A stretch of 64,000 bases of DNA from Eledone cirrhosa (GCA_964016885.1 OZ024745.1:3348001-3412000); one strand, 5' to 3'. Positions 14,662-28,465 are shown, numbered from the stretch's first letter. Numbers and translations are program-made. The notes: a model not told the origin generated them from the sequence alone.

Positions 14662-15160
14662 GTGTGTATATATGTATGTATGTGTATGTATTTATACATG
14701 TGTGTGTGTGTGTATGTATGTATGTGTGTGTATATATGTGTGTGTGTGTATGTATATATGTATATGTGTGTGTATGTATATATGTATGTGTGTGTGTATG
14801 TATGTAAGTATATATGTATGTGTGTGTGTGTGTATGTATATATGTATGTATGTGTGTGTGTATGTATATATGTGTGTGTGTGTATGTATATATGTGTGTG
14901 TGTATATATGTATGTGTGTGTCTGTGTATGTATATATGTATGTATGTGTGTGTGTGTGTGTATGTATATATGTATGTATGTGTGTGTGTATGTATATATG
15001 TATGTATGTGTGTGTGTGTATGTGTGTGTGTGTGTATATATGTATGTATGTATGTATGTGTGTGTGTGTATGTATATATGTATGTATGTGTGTATGTATA
15101 TATGTATGTATGTGTGTGTGTGTATGTGTGTGTATGTGTATATATGTATGTATGTATGTA

Positions 15161-15191
<31 letters not shown>

Positions 15192-15241
15192 GTGTGTGTA
15201 TGTATATATGTATGTATGTGTGTATGTATATATGTATGTAT
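14604..15241. repeat. Compound (TG)n/(TA)n/(TATG)n microsatellite
   Basis: Directly visible. Confidence 0.98.
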
Positions 15242-15348
15242 AATAACTGGGTTGGTCAGCAAATTATGTTCTTAAACAAGACAATATCTCACGTTTCTCA
15301 AATCCAGAAACATGAAAGAAAAGGTAAAATATTAAAATAAATATAAAT

Positions 15349-16139
15349 ATCCCTGTATGTCAATACACCCCTGTATGTCAATACATCCCTGTATGTCAAT
15401 ACACCCCTGTATGTCAATACATCCCTGTATGTCAATACACCCCTGTATGTCAATACATCCCTGTATGTCAATACATCCCTGTATGTCAATACATCCCTGT
15501 ATGTCAATACACCCCTGTATGTCAATACATCCCTGTATGTCAATACATCCCTGTATGTCAATACACCCCTGTATGTCAATACATCCCTGTATGTCAATAC
15601 ACCCCTGTATGTCAATACATCCCTGTATGTCAATACATCCCTGTATGTCAATACACCCCTGTATGTCAATACATCCCTGTATGTCAATACATCCCTGTAT
15701 GTCAATACACCCCTGTATGTCAATACATCCCTGTATGTCAATACACCCCTGTATGTCAATACACCCCTGTATGTCAATACATCCCTGTATGTCAATACAC
15801 CCCTGTATGTCAATACATCCCTGTATGTCAATACACCCCTGTATGTCAATACACCCCTGTATGTCAATACATCCCTGTATGTCAATACATCCCTGTATGT
15901 CAATACATCCCTGTATGTCAATACATCCCTGTATGTCAATACATCCCTGTATGTCAATACATCCCTGTATGTCAATACATCCCTGTATGTCAATACATCC
16001 CTGTATGTCAATACACCCCTGTATGTCAATACATCCCTATATGTCAATACACCCCTGTATGTCAATACACCCCTGTATGTCAATACATCCCTGTATGTCA
16101 ATACATCCCTGTATGTCAATACACCCCTGTATGTCAATA
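15349..16139. repeat. 18-bp minisatellite (CCCTGTATGTCAATACAY), ~44 units
   Basis: Near-perfect 18-bp period with one dimorphic C/T position. Confidence 0.99.
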
Positions 16140-16677
16140 TTAGGGTGTTCAGTTCAGGAGTGTAAGATTGTGAGTTCAATTCTTGGACTGGACCACATAT
16201 TTAAGTTTTGAACAATTGAACTGTTTTATTTTTCTTGTTACCTTTAATTATACACATTGGATTTTGTGCCCCTGCGTTGAAGTGTAATTTGTCGATAATT
16301 TGACCCTGAGAGGATATGGCTTTACTATTCTATATAACCAGAAAACTAGACTTTAGTTTGTAAAGCAGCCAACATATTTCCAATGTGAAAACACTGTAGC
16401 TTCTCATCAGTCCACTCAATTGGCAAACATGAATTGTGCCTGTAATTCAACCTTGTGACACATATTCTGTCATGCTGAATCTCCCTGAGAACTGCATTAA
16501 GGGTACATGTGTCTATGGAATGTGCAGCAAATTCGATGTTAATTTTACAAGTTCCAGTGATTGAATCAACTGGAGATCTTGTTGGAAGCAACAGATGTCC
16601 AACAACAACAACAAACATATACTGAGCCACAGAGCCAAGGTCATCATAAGATGCCACAACACTCGAGATCAGGTTAA

Positions 16678-16864
16678 CCCTTTAGCATTTAAAGTGGCTG
16701 TGTCCGGCCAGAATTGTCTCACCTCTTTCTGTTCAAAGCAGGCTTAACCGGCTGTTCATACTGATGTTACGGTTTTGTTCGCAAAATGTATAATTATTAT
16801 ATAAGATAAAGCCTTTATCAGTAAAATACAATAGTAAATATAGAGTAATGTAAATGCTAAAGGG
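16678..16864. mobile_element. piggyBac-like MITE with TTAA target duplication
   Basis: TTAA-CCCTTTAGCATTTA ... TAAATGCTAAAGGG-TTAA (14-bp perfect TIR); homologous copy at 55965-56172. Confidence 0.9.
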
Positions 16865-17229
16865 TTAAACATAGGCTAAGTCAAGGTCACCTTAAGATGC
16901 CATAAGACAGGTCAAGTTAAACATAGGCTGAGTCAAGGTCACCTTAAGATGCCATAACACAGGTCAAGTTAAACATAGGCTGAGTCAAGGTCACCTTAAG
17001 ATGCCATAACACAGGTCAAGTTAAACATAGGCTGAGTCAAGGTCACCTTAAGATGCCATAACACAGGTCAAGTTAAACATAGGCTGAGTCAAGGTCACCT
17101 TAAGATACCATAACACAGGTCAAGTTAAACATAGGCTGAGTCAAGGTCACCTTAAGATACCATAACACAGGTCAAGTTAAACATAGGCTGAGTCAAGGTC
17201 ACCTTAAGATACCATAACACAGGTCAAGC
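16865..17229. repeat. 52-bp minisatellite, ~7 units
   Basis: TTAAACATAGGCTGAGTCAAGGTCACCTTAAGATGCCATAACACAGGTCAAG repeated. Confidence 0.97.
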
Positions 17230-17719
17230 TAATTTTACTTATTAATTCATACGCAAATCACTTTGGCATTGAAAGTACAATTTTCTTTCTCATGAGTATT
17301 GTTTGGTTACCACTTGGTGGCCATGGGGGTGGGTACTGATGGTGGTGAGTACTGGTGGTGATGGTGGTGGGTACTGGTGGTAGTGGTGGTACTGGAGATG
17401 GTTGTGGTGGTAGTAGTGGTAGTGAGAGCAACAACCAAAATATTCTCTAACAACTTCCATTTATCCAGTGAACAGGTTATTGGTTCTTTTTTATTTTTTC
17501 CTCTGTATTTTATATTTGTACTCCACCACTACACCACCACCACTGGCCCCACCACCACCACCACCCCCACTCGGGATGAGCTGAGGATGATGGAACAACC
17601 CCAAATAAATAAATGAATATGAATCCACGAGTTACCAAGTGTCCATGTGAAGCTTTAATTCAGTGACAGAAAGCATACATATCCCCCACAAAAATTCACC
17701 CTTTCCCATGAGTGATGGC

Positions 17720-19682
17720 AAACTCTGAGTTGGAACCATCAACGTGAGCACAATGAAAGGAAGAGCAGGAGAAATTGTAGAGATGTTAGAGTGAAAGGAA
17801 ACTGATGTATGCTGTTTGCAAGAGAATAGATGGAGAGGAGAGTCTGCTAGAGTCCTTGTAGGCAAAAATCAGTGCTACAAATTTTTCTGGGTGGGAAATG
17901 GCAATGGGTTGGGTGGTGTAGGTATACTATTAGCTGACAAATGGGTAGATAAGGTAATCTCAGTGAACAAGGTGAATGCAAGAAACTCAGACTAGTCCTG
18001 TATAAAACAATTGCTACAATTATATCTGCTTACGCACCCCAATCTGGGTTGCCAGACGAACTTAAGATAAGTTATACGAGTCCCTACTGCACACTAGTGC
18101 CCTAACAAACGACAATGACTTCCTAATCATTGTAGGGGACTTTAACGGACACGTTGGGAATGACCATGACAGCTTCTATGGGGTCCATGGAGGCTACGGG
18201 TTTGGCACAAGAAATGAAGAAGGCTTCAGGCTTCTAGAATTCTGTGACACCAATGACATATCGATATGTAACACAAACTTAAAAAACCCGACAACCACCT
18301 GATCACCTATAGATCCGGGGAGCATACTAGTCAGATAGATTTTATTCTTACCGGAGGACGAGATAGATGGATGATTGTAAACACAAAAGCCTTCCCTGGT
18401 GAGGAATGTAGCTCTTAACATAACTTAGTTGTCAGCGACCTCATTGTCAGAACTAGAGGAACTTGGAAACAGAAGGCAACCTGGAGAAGAAAGATCTGGA
18501 AGCTGAAAGACCCCTCAGCCAGTAACAGATTTACTTGATGCTTACGACAGTAAAGAAGAACAGATAGAGACATTCAATATAGAAGAGCACTGGGAGTTCC
18601 TGAAAAATAACTTACTAGAGGCGACAGACAAGGTTTGTGGTTGGAGCAAGACCACAGGGAGAAGGAGAGTGACTTGGTGGTGGAACAATAAGGTAGATGA
18701 GACAATTAACGCCAAGAGATAGGCATGGAAAGAATGGAAGAATGGGGGAAGCAGGGTACATTACATAGAGACCAGGAGGGAAACTAGGTGACAAGTATAC
18801 TTAGCTAGGAGGGAAGGGGAGGATAGAAAGCATGTTTTGCAGCATGAGGACCAGAAACAGGAGGTGTTCAGGATTGCGAGTCAGTGTGTCAGAGAGAATT
18901 GTGATGTCATTGGTGAGAAGTGTATCCGGATTGATAAAGGTGAGCTTGCCCTCACAAGTGCCGAGAAGAAAGCTGCGTGGAAGAGCCATTATGAAAGATT
19001 ACTGAATGGGGAAAATGCATGGGTGAAAGAGACCCTACCCCTAGAGGGCCCAGCAGCAGTGTAGTAAGTAAGGCAATCAAAGATATGAAGATGGGGAAGG
19101 CAAGTGGTCCATTTGGTATAGCTGCCGAGATGCTGAAAACAATTGGATCGGTAGGTCACACTATAACCACACGAATTGTTAACCAGGTAATACTAGAGGG
19201 TATCATACCAAAGGATTGGTGCAGCAGCATCATTGTCAACTGCTACAAAGGTAAAGGTGATGCACTAGATAGAGCAAACTATAGAGGTATAAAGCTGATG
19301 GACCAGGTCATGAAAGTAACGGAGAGTTACAGCACAGCTGATTAAAGTTGGATAAATCTAGATGAGATGCAGTTTGGGTTTGTGCCAGGCAAAAGCACCA
19401 CTGATGCTCTCTTCCTTGTGAAGCAGTTACAGGAAAAGTACCTAGCTAAAAGTAAGCTGCTCTACCTGGCATTTATCAATATGGAAAAAGCCTTCAACAG
19501 AGTGCCCTGTGTGATAATCTAGTGGGCTCTTAGAAAACTTGGAGTAGATGAATGGTTTGAGAAGCTGTATAAGAGAGCAGTCAGCAAAGTTAGGATTAAC
19601 AATGTCTATAGCAAGGAGTTTAGCATACAGGTTCGTGTCTACCTGGGCTCTGTTTTTAGCCCTCTCCTGTTTATTATCGTAT
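17720..19682 (+). pseudogene. Degenerate RTE-clade LINE copy 1: APE endonuclease plus N-terminal RT, 3'-truncated
   Basis: Conceptual translation gives LRVGTINVSTMKGRAGEIVEML, DVCCLQENRWRG, GDFNGHVG, GGYGFGTRNEEG, VTWWWN, KGKGDALDRANYRGIKL, QFGFVPGKSTTDA, with many stops and frameshifts. Confidence 0.93.
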
Positions 19683-19699
19683 ACAGAGGAGTGTTATAG

Positions 19700-19807
19700 C
19701 CTGGGTACTTTTGTCATGTCACCTACATGACATTACAGTGGGGACTGGGTACTTTTGTCATGTCACCTACATGACCACATTACAGTGGGGACTGGGTACT
19801 TTTGTCT
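19700..19807. repeat. Short tandem duplication (~44-47 bp, ~2.3 copies)
   Basis: ctgggtacttttgtc occurs three times; atgtcacctacatgac twice. Confidence 0.85.
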
Positions 19808-20292
19808 TGGAACTAGGGAGGGGGGAGGAAGCTTTTGGAAATTGTGGACATAGGTAATGGGGGAGGGATGGTTACTGGAAAGGGAGGCATATAAGGGGGA
19901 AGAAGGTTGAGGTATTGCCTACTAGGTATAAGTCTCAGCCTGAGAATAATAGAGGGTAGGTTTTCTGTAATACTGCAAGGGAGAAACCTTTTGTGTCAGC
20001 AGTGGGTGTAGTTCTCTAAACTTCTTCCGTCCTATTCTTATTTTAGCTATTATCATCTCAGTGCACCCTCCCCCGCTACTAATTAGGTCACCTTTTTTCC
20101 ATGTATAGGGGTATTTTACCTGATTTTACTTATTATTTATATCAATCTATTGTGGTTACAGTTAGTTTCTCTGTTTAGGATCTCTACATTTTCTAAGGAT
20201 ATAATATATATATATATGTTTTTATATGTATATGGATATATGTTTGTGTGTGTGTATGTGAGTGTCTGTATATATATATATATATTGAAGAG

Positions 20293-21911
20293 GCACCACT
20301 GATGCCCTCTTCCTTGTGAGGCAATTACAGGAAAAGTACCTAGCTAAAAGTAAGCCACTCTACTTGGCATTTGTCGACCTTGAGAAAGCCTTTGACAGAG
20401 TTCCACGTGCTGTAATCTGGTGGGCTCTTAGAAAACTAGGAGTAGATGAATGGCTTGTGAAAGCGGTACAAGCCATGTATAGGGGAACAGTCAGCAAAGT
20501 TAGGATTAGCAATGAGTATAGCGAGGAATTTAGCGTACAGGTTGGGGTCCACCAGGGCTCTGTTCTTAGCCCCCTCCTGTTCATCATAGTCCTGCAGGCA
20601 ATAACGGAGGAGTTTAAGACCGGATGCCCATGGGAACTCCTGTATGCTGATGACCTCGCACTCATAGCTGAATCTATGGTAGAACTAGAGAATAAATTCC
20701 AAACCTGGAAGCAGGGACTAGAGAGAAAGGGTCTCAAAGTCAACATGACCAAGACTAAGGTCCTTGTAAGTAGACGAGAAAACAGAACCCAGATCCCCTC
20801 GGGGAAATGGCCTTGCTCAGTATGTAGGAAAGGTGTAGGTAGGAACTCCATTCTCTGCCCCAAATGCAAACAATGGGTGCACAAGAGATGTAGCGGGATC
20901 TCAGGAAGCTTAATTAAGAATGTAGGATTCACATGCAGCAGCTGTGCTGAAACAGCAAGCAGCAAACAGCCATAGGAAACAAGTACCACCAATCTCTGGG
21001 AGGGCCCTGTAGAAACAGTAGACAGCTTCTGCTACCTAGGTGACCAAATTAGCAACGGAGGTGGGTGTTCAGAAAGTACAATAACTAGGGTAAGAACGGG
21101 ATGGAAGAAGTTTAGGGAACTACTACCATTGCTAGCTGCAAAAGGCTTCTCTCTCAGAATGAAAGGCAGACTGTATGATGCGTGTATCCGAACAGCGATG
21201 TTGCATGGTAGTGAGACCTGGGCGCTGAAGGTGGAAGACTTACGTAGATTAGAGAGAAACGAAGCCTGCATGCTCCGATGGATGTGTAACAGTAATATAC
21301 GTGAACGACAAAGCATAAATGAATTGAGAGAGAGACTGAGCATAAGAGGAATCAAATGCTGTGTGCAGGAGAGGTGGTTGCGCTGGTATGGACATGTGAT
21401 GCGTATGAAGGATGACAGCTGCATAAAAAGGTGCAGAGCACTAGAAGTTGATGGAAACCGCGGAGTGGGGAGACCCGAGATGACCTGAGATGAGGTGATA
21501 AAAGCCGACCTTACCCAATTACACCTCTCAAAGACAATGACACACGACCGTGACTTCTGGCGTCACGCAGTAATACAGAGTACCCGACCTCCCATGGGTA
21601 CATGCTGAAGCATGTAGACAATATGCCCCCACGCCCCCCACCGCAAGGTGGTCGTGGAGGTGCCACGGCAAAAAAGCACCCAGCCCACACTGTAAAGTGG
21701 ACGTGTAGGCGCCACGAAAAAGCACCCAGCACTCACTGTAAATGAGGTTGGTGTTAGGAAGGGCATCCAGCTGTAGAAATCAAGCCAGATCAGTTCTTGT
21801 ATGAGCAAGACAAGGTCAGCCGACCGGACACTGCACACAACAGGACAACCCGTCTAACCCATGCTAGCGTGGAAGAACGGACGTAAAACGGTGATGATGA
21901 TGATGATGATG
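20293..21911 (+). mobile_element. RTE-clade LINE copy 2, 5'-truncated: RT, PHD-like finger, C-terminus, 3' UTR, (GAT)n tail
   Basis: ORFs 20316-20975 (FVDLEKAFDRVP, QGSVLSPLLF, YADD) and 21129-21488 (LRWYGHVMRM, GRP); internal stops; tail ggacgtaaaacggtgatgatgat. Confidence 0.95.
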
Positions 21912-21934
21912 ATATACGTAAAATGCTGATGATG

Positions 21935-22091
21935 ATATATATATATGTGTGTCTGTGTATATGTGAGTGTCTGTATGTATATATATATATGTGTGTGTGT
22001 ATATGTGAGTGTCTGTATATATATATATATATGTGAGTGTCTGTACATATATATATATATGTGTGTGTGTGTGTGTATATGTGAGTGTCTG

Positions 22092-22128
<37 letters not shown>

Positions 22129-22139
22129 ATATGTGAGTG

Positions 22140-22188
<49 letters not shown>

Positions 22189-23630
22189 ATATGTGAGTGT
22201 CTGTATACATATATATATATATATATGTGTGTGTATATGTGAGTGTCTGTATATATATATATGCTAGTGCGGAAAATGGACGTTAAACAATGATGTGTGT
22301 GTGTGCGTATAGTTGGAATCTAAACAGATAGTTCATTATACTTTATATATATATATATATGTGTGTGTATATATCTCTCTATATATATGTGTGTGTATAT
22401 CTCTCTCTATATATATGTGTGTGTATATCTCTCTCTATATATATGTGTGTGTATATCTCTCTCTATATATGTGTGTGTGTGTGTGCGTTTGTTTATATAT
22501 TTGTCACCACATTACTTTGTTACTCTCTCTCTCAAGTTCTTATTTCTATTATTTTTGTATCATTCTTTGTCTCTACTCCTCTTACCTTCCCCTCCCCCTC
22601 CTTCTCCCTAGTAAATATCTATTTTGTTCTCTACAGTTTTCTACTTAAGGTCACTCAATCACTCTCTGACGCACATACACACACACATACACACACACAA
22701 GCTCACACACACATACACACACACATACACACACACAAGCTCACACACATAAGCTCACACACATACACACACACAAGCTCACACACACATACACACACAC
22801 ATACACACACACAAGCTCACACACATAAGCTCACACACATACACACACACAAGCTCACACACACAAGCTCACACACATACACAAGCTCACACACATACAC
22901 ATAAGCTCACACACATACACACACACAAACAGACACACACTAACACACTCACACACTCTCACATACACACTAGCATAAACACACACTAACACACTCACAC
23001 ACTCACACACACACACACTAGCATAGACACACACTAACACACACACAAACATAGACACACACTAACACACTCACACACTCTCACACACACACACACTAGC
23101 ATAGACACACACTAACACACACACACACTCACACACACACTAACATAGACACACACTAACACACACACACACTAGCATAGATACACACTCACACACTAGC
23201 ATAGACACACACTAACACACACACACACTCACACTAACACTCACACACTAACACACTCACACTAACACTCACACACACACTAACACACTAACACACTCAC
23301 AATAACATAGACACACACACGTAGACATGACCCTACCAACACATCTTCATACACAAAAATACCAATATCCACACACTGATACACACACATGTACACATAC
23401 ATAATGATAGACATGTACCTATATGTACACACGTACACACACAACATATAAACAGCACATATAACACACACACACATACACACACACACAACACACAACA
23501 CACACACACACAACACACAACACACACACATATACACACACAACACACAACACACACACATATACACACACACACAACACACAGCATACACAGACATACA
23601 CACACACATACATATACACAACACACACAA
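21935..23630. repeat. Compound microsatellite field: (TA)/(TG) with atatgtgagtgtctgt motif, (TC), and (CA)n with aagct/ctaac spacers
   Basis: Directly visible; a short non-repetitive stretch at ~22500-22670. Confidence 0.93.
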
Positions 23631-23743
23631 TGTGAGACAATACATCAACAGAGATCCCCTCCTCCACTAAACACCATTACCTCCCACTTCTTCACATCAA
23701 ATGGCTGCCATCTGCAGATTTGGTAGTCTTCATCTATCAGTGT

Positions 23744-24895
23744 CTATTGCAGCCACCCCCTATATACCCCCCCCCCCACCTATTGCAGCCACCCCCTATA
23801 TACCCCCCACCTATTGCAGCCACCCCCTATATACCCCCCCCCCCCCACCTATTGCACCCACTACCTTATATCCCCCCCACCTATTGCAGCCACTGTCTTA
23901 TATCCCCCCCACCTATTGCAGCCACTGTCTTATATCCCCCCCACCTATTGCAGCCACTGCCTTATACCTCCCCACCTATTGCAGCCACTGCCTTATACCT
24001 CCCCACCTATTGCAGCCACTGTCTTATATCCCCCCCACCTATTGCAGCCACTGCATTATACCCCCCCCCCCACCTATTGCAGCCACTGTCTTATACCCCC
24101 CCCCCACCTATTGCAGCCACTGTCTTATACCCCCCCCACCTATTGCAGCCACTGTCTTATATCCCCCCCCACCTATTGCAGCCACTGTCTTATATCCCCC
24201 CCACCTATTGCAGCCACTGCCTTATACCTCCCCACCTATTGCAGCCACTGCCTTATACCTCCCCACCTATTGCAGCCACTGTCTTATATCCCCCCCACCT
24301 ATTGCAGCCACTGCCTTATATCCCCCCCACCTATTGCAGCCACTGTCTTATATCCCCCCCACCTATTGCAGCCACTGTCTTATATCCCCCCCACCTATTG
24401 CAGCCACTGCCTTATACCTCCCCACCTATTGCAGCCACTGCCTTATACCTCCCCACCTATTGCAGCCACTGTCTTATATCCCCCCCACCTATTGCAGCCA
24501 CTGCATTATACCCCCCCCCCACCTATTGCAGCCACTGTCTTATACCCCCCCCCCACCTATTGCAGCCACTGTCTTATACCCCCCCCACCTATTGCAGCCA
24601 CTGTCTTATATCCCCCCCCACCTATTGCAGCCACTGCCTTATACCCCCCCCCCCCACCTATTGCAGCCACTGCCTTATACCCCCCACCTATTGCAGCCAC
24701 TGCCTTATACCCCCCCCCCACCTATTGCAGCCACTGCCTTATACCCCCCACCTATTGCAGCCACTGTCTTATATCCCCCCACCTATTGCAGCCACTGCAT
24801 TATATCCCCCCACCTATTGCAGCCACTGCATTCTATAACCCCCCCCACACACACACAACACTATCAACATCTATTGCAGCCACTGCATTCTATAA
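23744..24895. repeat. ~30-bp minisatellite (ACCTATTGCAGCCACTGYCTTATA-Cn) with a variable C-run
   Basis: Repeated core cctattgcagccac separated by C-runs of different length. Confidence 0.97.
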
Positions 24896-25029
24896 CGTCC
24901 CCCCAACACTATCAGCGTTACTGCCACCCTTCGTTGCACCTTCCTGCTTCATACCACAGATCTAACACAATAAGAATTTCTCATTATTTACAACGCTGTG
25001 GATTGTCTGTAGAATCGGTAGAGCGTCGA

Positions 25030-26427
25030 ACAACACAATTACAACACAGTTACAGAGTTACAACACAGTTACAGAGTTACAACACAGTTACAACACAGTT
25101 ACAACATAGTTACAATATAGGTACAACACAGTTACAACACAGTTACAACACAGTTACAACACAGTTACAACATAGTTACAATATAGGTACAACACAGTTA
25201 CAACACAGTTACAACACAGTTACAACACAGTTACAACATAGTTACAACAGTTACAACATAGTTACAACACAGCTACAACATAGTTACAACACAGTTACAA
25301 CATAGTTACAACACAGTTACAACACAGTTACAACATAGTTACAACATAGTTACAACATAGTTACAACACAGTTACAACATAGTTACAACACAGTTACAAC
25401 ATAATTACAAGACAGTTACTACATAGTTACAACACAGTTACAACATAGTTACAACACAGTTACAACATAGTTACAATATAGGTACAACACAGTTACAACA
25501 CAGTTACAACACAGTTACAACATAGTTACAATATAGGTACAACACAGTTACAACACAGTTACAACATAGTTACAACACAGTTACAACATAGTTACAATAT
25601 AGGTACAACACAGTTACAACACAGTTACAACATAGTTACAATATAGGTACAACACAGTTACAACACAGTTACAACACAGTTACAACATAGTTACAATATA
25701 GGTACAACACAGTTACAACACAGTTACAACATAGTTACAATATAGGTACAAGACAGTTACAACACAGTTACAACACAGTTACAACATAGTTACAACATAG
25801 TTACAACAGTTACAACATAGTTACAACACAGCTACAACATAGTTACAACACAGTTACAACATAGTTACAACAGTTACAACATAGTTACAACACAGCTACA
25901 ACATAGTTACAACACAGTTACAACATAGTTACAACACAGTTACAACATAGTTACAACATAGCTACAACATAGTTACAACACAGTTACAACATAGTTACAA
26001 CACAGTTACAACACAGTTACAACACAGTTACAACATAGTTACAACATAGTTACAACACAGTTACAACATAGTTACAACACAGTTACAACACAGTTACAAC
26101 ATAGTTACAACAGTTACAACATAGTTACAACACAGCTACAATACAGTTACAACACAGTTACAACATGGTTACAACACGGTTACAACACAGTTACAACATA
26201 GTTACAACATAGTTACAACATAGTTACAACACAGTTACAACATAGTTACAACATAGTTACAACACAGTTACAACACAGTTACAACATAGTTACAACATAG
26301 TTACAACATAGTTACAACACAGTTACAACACAGTTACAACACAGTTACAACACAGTTACAACATAATTACAAGACAGTTACAACATAGTTACAACACAGT
26401 TACAACACAGTTACAACACAGTTACAA
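25030..26427. repeat. 11-bp satellite (GTTACAACAYA), ~127 units
   Basis: 11-bp period; variants atataggtac and gctac; some 9-bp units. Confidence 0.98.
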
Positions 26428-26476
26428 GCCATTCACAATAATTCCAAGACAGAATTTCTGAAAAACCATAAAAGAT

Positions 26477-26600
26477 ATTCCTTGTCTTAATGGTTTAAAG
26501 TAGCTGCTCTCTGGAAGATAAGGAGTTCAATTCCTTGTCTTAATGGTTTAAAGTAGCTGCTCTCTGGAAGATAAGGAGTTCAATTCCTCTTAGCAGCCAA
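26477..26600 (+). repeat. 53-bp tandem duplication of a tRNA/SINE-head-like sequence
   Basis: attccttgtcttaatggtttaaagtagctgctctctggaagataaggagttca twice; B-box-like GGAGTTCAATTCC. Confidence 0.55.
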
Positions 26601-26977
26601 TGGTAACTTCTTTTTCTGTCTTTAAGTGTCTTCATTATATGTGGTCTTATAACATCTCAGCAAATGGGCACATTACCTTTTATATTCATTTTATTCTCTC
26701 AGCACTTTGTAAAAGTCCAAGAGATCAGCTTCGTATACACAATGTTTATATCACTGTAAAATTTCCTGAATCTGAGGGTGCACCATTGAAAAGTATGAGG
26801 AAGGTTAGTGTCATGTAGTGCGTGCCATGTAGTGTCATGTAGTGCCATGTAGTGTCATGTGCTATGTAATGCTATGTAGTGACACTCACCTATCGTTAGT
26901 GATGGACCTTACATCAAACTAATGTTGAGAGGTGAGAGAATACTAGTTAATAATTTAACTACACAGAGTTATTTAGC

Positions 26978-27473
26978 GATAGGACATCTAGTCGTAGAAC
27001 ATCTACCACACAATAGGACAAAGAACCATTGAGCTGTGCCATAGACGTGGCAACCTCCCTAGTGTTAGTGATAGGACATCTAGTCGTAGAACATCTACCA
27101 CACAATAGGACAAAGAACCATTGAGCTGTGCCATAGACGTAGCAACCTCCCTAGTGTTAGTGATAGGACATAATAAATAATCACCCAGTACACTCAATAA
27201 AGTGGTTAATGATAGGAAGGGCATCCATTCATAGAATACCTGCCAAACAAAGGATTAGAGGATTCTTCAGCTGTGGTAAAGACATGACAACTTTCCATGA
27301 TAAAATGCACTTGGTAAAGCACAGAATTGTACGCCAGGTCCCCGTCGCCCCCTTCCCTGGTGGTCAGTGTCCGCCTGAGTAATGGCCCATGTGTGATGAC
27401 AAGTCCAACCTTTGCTAACTGGGAAAATGGACATTAAACGATAATAATCAGGATGATGATGATGATGATGATG
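26978..27473 (+). mobile_element. Non-coding element with an RTE-type 3' end and an internal 92-bp duplication
   Basis: gataggacat at 26978, 27070 and 27162; taaagtggttaatgataggaagggcatcca and ggaaaatggacattaaacgat...(gat)n match the 3' UTR of RTE copies 2 and 3. Confidence 0.75.
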
Positions 27474-27579
27474 TCTGCACTTGCAAAACTAAGAAGTGGT
27501 TGTAAAGCAAACTTGTTAACGACAAAACAAAGGGTGGGAAGGACTTCAGCTGTTGTATAGACAGGACAACCTTCCTACA

Positions 27580-27845
27580 TGATAAACACACCCATTAGAT
27601 TTTATAAAGGGGTTGGTGATAGGAAGGGCTTTCAGCTGAAGAAATCCTGACAAACAAGGAATCGAGATAACTATCTCCATAACTTGTGTTGATGCCATGA
27701 TAAAATACACTTGGTAGAGCAAAGGATCGGATGTCAGGCCCCATGGCCCAAGTGGAGGTCAGTGGCTCTGCTTCAGTACTGACCCATCTGTAATGAGACA
27801 TCCAACCATTGGTAACAGGGAAAACAGATGTGAAACGATGATGAG
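27580..27845 (+). mobile_element. Second diverged RTE-tail element
   Basis: ggttggtgataggaagggc ... catccaaccattggtaacagggaaaacagatgtgaaacgatgatg. Confidence 0.6.
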
Positions 27846-28362
27846 GGTGGGGAGGAGGTGGAGGACGGCGATGGTGGTGGTGATGGTGATGATGATCATG
27901 GTGGTGAGGATGGTGATGGTGGTGATGGTGATGATGATGAGGGTTTGAGGATGATGATGGAAATTATGGTGATGTTAATGGTGGTGATGCTGATAATGAT
28001 GTTTACACTCTACTAATGTATTGAGTACCTTACTTACTGTGGCTACCCATTGAACCTGGGACTTACATATATATTTATAAATCTTGTTGTGTTCCTCTAT
28101 TTCATAGTTGTTAGATAATAGATATGTTAAATCTATCATGGTTTATACCAGTCCTCCCAGTACTGGACTTACCTATAAGCTAAATAAATTATAGCTTAGG
28201 GTCACCCACCCTCAAGGGCCTCAATGAAGCCTGTGCTGGACCTACCTATAAACTATAGCTTAGGGTCACCCACCCTCAGTGGGCTCATTTTTTAATATAT
28301 ATTTTTATTTTATCCTTAGTTTTTATTCTTTAACTCTAAATCATAAAAAATTATATATAAAC

Positions 28363-28465
28363 CATCATCATCACCGTTTAACGTCCATTTTCCACACAAT
28401 CATGGGTTAGAGAGGTTGTCCTGTTTGAAGCAAGTCGACGTCAGCTGACCATATCTTGCTCATAC
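28363..28465 (-). mobile_element. RTE 3'-tail fragment
   Basis: catcatcatcaccgtttaacgtccattttcc...gggttaga...ggttgtcctg...tcttgctcatac is the reverse complement of 21795-21905. Confidence 0.8.

Noticed and set aside
14495-16211. Long ORFs such as (CVCMY)n, (MSIHPC)n and (LTYRDV)n
   Set aside because: Translations of micro- and minisatellites, open in several frames and on both strands
16346-16657. 103-aa minus-strand ORF in unique sequence
   Set aside because: No recognisable motif, and it starts inside a degenerate 52-bp repeat unit
17325-17570. Inverted (GGT)n / (CAC)n pair as a structured RNA
   Set aside because: Low-complexity triplet tracts are common in this window and pairing has no specific register
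23701-25305. Proline-rich extensin-like ORFs
   Set aside because: All three frames are open and C-run lengths are not constrained to multiples of 3
26477-26600. Functional tRNA gene
   Set aside because: Only a B-box-like motif; no convincing cloverleaf; internally duplicated
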